A stretch of DNA of 64,000 nucleotides, taken from NCBI GenBank assembly GCA_012295275.1, contig CM022670.1:13888001-13952000 (forward strand), in the 5' to 3' direction. The position numbers and the translations under genes were made by a program. The number at the start of each line of letters is the position of its first letter. Positions within the stretch are counted from its first letter, which is position 1. This document shows positions 61,750 to 64,000 of the stretch, in pieces. Source of the stretch: Chrysomallon squamiferum (lineage: Eukaryota; Animalia; Mollusca). The notes beneath the pieces were generated by a model. It did not search any database, had not been told where the DNA came from, and saw only the letters and a program-made list of their open reading frames with translations.

Positions 61750-62888
61750 TTCTCTCTTTTTTTTTCTTACTGATGTTTAAGGACTATTTTAATTCTTGTT
61801 CTTTAGCAATTTAGGTTACTATTTAAGGATTTTATTTTGTAAATATATATATTTGTTGTTATTTGTAGGGACTGTGAACAAGCCAATCCTCACAATATTG
61901 ATCATATAAATCATATTTAACCAATTTTTTTATTTTCAATAACATTTTATGTATTTTGAGCTCAATTTTTAACATCTCAGTAAGCCTCTTTTAAAAGCAG
62001 TCACTTAATTTAAAATTATTTTTCAGTATGTTCTTACAAATTAATGTAAATGGAAGTAACTTTTTTTTCAAATTATGACTGCCATAAAATATTAACTGTG
62101 TGTAATAAACAAACACTTTGGAATGTGTTTATTACTCAGAATTAATATTTTAAACATTCAGTTACACACTTTCTAGGGAAATTAGCTAAGCACTTACAAC
62201 TCTTGTACAGATTTCTCATTGACTGTAACAAACAGAATTATTAGGGTTAAGTACTCTTAAATTAAAACCTAACTGGAGTTCTAAAGTGTAATCTAACAGA
62301 TGTGATGACATACTGAAAACATCTAACATATGCAACAGAAGCAAATAAACAAGACTAAATGAGTGATTAATTAAGAAAAAAATATTCCAAGAATCCGTGG
62401 AAATAAACAGTATGACTAATCCCAAAATCTATGTAAACAAGTAATAAAAAAAATTACAGGAATTTTCTACAAGCTATAACATAAAATTACAAGTGGTGTG
62501 AAAACCAGGTGCTCATTAAACCAAAAATTGTCCTAAAACTGAACAAGTTCCAGAGTCAAGTTCTAAAATGTAAAACCTCACAACACTAAACTCACAGTCG
62601 TCTAAACCTCACTTTTCACTTGGTCCCAACACTGATAGTCTTTGAGCAGTTTCAGTGATCAGCTTAAAAAAAACACCTGTAATACTGACTGGAACATCAG
62701 GTTCTAGTGAACCAGTGATTTTTAATACAGAAACAGTTTGATAAGTAATGTCAAATAGAATTTACCTTTTTGTTCTTTTTCTTTCGTCTTGTCTGTTAAA
62801 ACGTCCAGCAAACTTCCGAGGTTTGCAGACTTTGATCGCCGTTTCAATGATATTGTGTGTCGTTTTGCTCTTCTGCTATCTCCATTTT
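50439..62888 (-). CDS. ARHGAP6: Rho GTPase-activating protein of the ARHGAP6/ARHGAP36 family, partial (5' exons beyond the right edge)
   Basis: In-frame exon chain 62766-62888, 56505-56643, 55930-56011, 55334-55529, 54545-54751, 52894-53045, 52160-52339, 51455-51552, 50439-51174. RhoGAP motifs include VFGIPL, GIFRVG (Arg finger), [18 protein letters not shown] and [17 protein letters not shown]. The C-terminus [14 protein letters not shown]...ETLV* is ARHGAP6-like. Confidence 0.93.
51455..51552 (-). CDS. ARHGAP6: ARHGAP6 exon [32 protein letters not shown](V)
   Basis: Flanked by ttcag acceptor and gtaagt donor, 98 nt, phase 0/2. Confidence 0.88.
51950..52145. mobile_element. piggyBac-like MITE filled with a 21-bp tandem repeat
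   Basis: Ends read TTAA|CCCTTT and AAAGGG|TTAA. The interior has about 7 copies of CTACATTACATCAACAACAGT. Confidence 0.6.
52160..52339 (-). CDS. ARHGAP6: ARHGAP6 exon [22 protein letters not shown]...HEIFE
   Basis: Flanked by gttcag acceptor and gttagc donor, 180 nt. Confidence 0.92.
52505..52871. repeat. Compound (TG)n/(TATG)n microsatellite
   Basis: Direct reading. It generates the HT/CV-repeat ORFs of the track. Confidence 0.92.
52894..53045 (-). CDS. ARHGAP6: ARHGAP6 exon (K)[33 protein letters not shown]...NGNI
   Basis: Flanked by tttag acceptor and gtgagt donor, 152 nt. Confidence 0.92.
53139..53260. repeat. 42-bp tandem repeat, about 3 copies
   Basis: Unit AAAATATATTACATATATAACAATRTTTAAATGTTTCTTTAC. 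Confidence 0.85.
54545..54751 (-). CDS. ARHGAP6: ARHGAP6 exon (G)[20 protein letters not shown]...[16 protein letters not shown]
   Basis: Flanked by ttcag acceptor and gtaagc donor, 207 nt. Contains the catalytic Arg. Confidence 0.94.
55334..55529 (-). CDS. ARHGAP6: ARHGAP6 exon [10 protein letters not shown]...LIDALSLS...[16 protein letters not shown](G)
   Basis: Flanked by ttacag acceptor and gtgagt donor, 196 nt. Confidence 0.9.
55930..56011 (-). CDS. ARHGAP6: ARHGAP6 exon [27 protein letters not shown]
   Basis: Flanked by aacag acceptor and gtaagt donor, 82 nt. Phase 2/0 bridges its neighbours exactly. Confidence 0.85.
56505..56643 (-). CDS. ARHGAP6: ARHGAP6 exon (E)[21 protein letters not shown]...SPRP(R)
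   Basis: Flanked by ctacag acceptor and gtaagt donor, 139 nt. Confidence 0.9.
57069..57281. mobile_element. piggyBac-like MITE, about 213 bp
   Basis: Ends read TTAA|CTCTTTGAGCC and GGTTCAAAGGG|TTAA, an imperfect TIR with a TTAA duplication. Confidence 0.65.
57363..57575. repeat. Compound (AAT)n/(GAT)n/(AAC)n trinucleotide array
   Basis: Direct reading. It generates the poly-I/L ORF 57282-57620. Confidence 0.9.
60005..60224. repeat. About 82-bp degenerate tandem repeat, about 3 copies
   Basis: Unit ACATTCCA...ACTAATTTTAATTTTCAAAG...TACCA, starting at 60005, 60088 and 60169. Confidence 0.75.
62766..62888 (-). CDS. ARHGAP6: ARHGAP6 exon [40 protein letters not shown](E)
   Basis: Flanked by ttttcag acceptor and gtaaat donor, 123 nt, phase 1/1. 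Basic segment preceding the FGxPL motif, as in ARHGAP6. Confidence 0.8.
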
Positions 62889-64000
62889 CTGAAAATAAAG
62901 TTAAAAGAATATTTTACTGAAATGTGTGGGACTTGAATGTCAAAATCAGATCTGTGAAATTTTAATTTTAAAAAGAAACAAAGATACAAAATAATAAAAT
63001 CATACTAAAATATCGAGTGAAAATTTCTTTAACAACAAATAATAAACAGTGTTTTATATAAAGATGATGTGAAAATATTGTTTTCATGAGCCAGACTTAA
63101 TGAAAGCAGAAAGGCTTTTTTTGTTCTTGCCTTCCCTTCATCATGAAATACCAACACAATGTTTTAATATTTAAATGAATTAAGAAGTGACTGAATGATC
63201 AAGTAAAAAAATAAATAGAACAAAACAATAAATATACACTGTTTTCATTCTGGAATCTTATATATATATCTATATATATATTACTGGATCGAGGGAATAT
63301 ATTTTAGGTTTTCTTTATTTCTTTTGATGTTGTTTCTTTCGGTTAATTAGTGTTTTTATTCAGAATTCACCTTCAAATAACATGACATTGTATTTCAGTA
63401 TCAATGCACTGAAAACTGAAAGTGTTTCCCTAACAAAAACCTTGGACAGTCCATGAACTGTGCTGTTTTTATTTTCACATGGTTTGCTTGACATGTGGCT
63501 ATGGGACAATTGCAACAAATGACCATCGACAAACACTGTTCATTACCAGACCACCTCGAATAAAACTTTACAAAAGATTTTTAAAATCTCCTTGCAAAAA
63601 TTCATCAATGTATATGAAGAGAAAACTGAAGGACAAACAGCCAGAGGGAATATTCAACCGAATTTATTTCAGATTTACTCTTACATATACATGTGACTGT
63701 CCCTTAGGCAGTAAGAAAGCAGCTTAATGCAATGTTCAGTGTTGTTAAGTGTTCTGCTTTTTATAAAGTTACTAACAGCAAAAATTACTGGAGAATTAAG
63801 AATGTTTTTTTGTTGTTGTGTTGTTGTTGTTTTTTTTCCTTTTAAAGTTTCACGTGTCTTCAAACAGGTTTTTTTTCTGTTTATTGTTCAGATAATAAAT
63901 TAGCAAGCAAAGATAAAATAAATTTGTGGTTTGTGTAAGTAAAAGGGGAGTTGACCTTTTTTTCTACATTGCAGAGTTAGTTAAAGTGTGATTTTATTAC

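Overview
AT-rich, microsatellite-rich animal genomic DNA with spliceosomal (GT-AG) introns. It is probably an invertebrate and plausibly a mollusc, inferred only from degenerate Meta-type tRNA SINEs. Three genes were reconstructed exon by exon by hand. (1) The 5' two-thirds of a ClC-3/4/5-family 2Cl-/H+ exchanger on the minus strand runs off the left edge. (2) A complete 10-exon ALG5 (324 aa) lies on the plus strand, head-to-head with the ClC gene across a short CpG-containing promoter. (3) The 3' part of an ARHGAP6/36-family RhoGAP on the minus strand ends in ETLV, with its 5' end beyond the right edge. The most notable structure is at the ClC N-terminus. It has three mutually exclusive ATG-bearing exons, all ending in phase 1 and each carrying different candidate endosomal sorting motifs, plus two small frame-preserving cassette exons (36 and 21 nt) that the ORF track misses. 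Introns hold a pogo/Tigger-like MITE, two TTAA piggyBac-like MITEs, SINE remnants, minisatellites and several CpG-retaining candidate enhancers. A DNA-transposon fossil lies between ALG5 and ARHGAP6. No tRNA, rRNA or CRISPR features were found, and most ORF-track entries are microsatellite or low-complexity artefacts. All calls were made by eye, without database searches.
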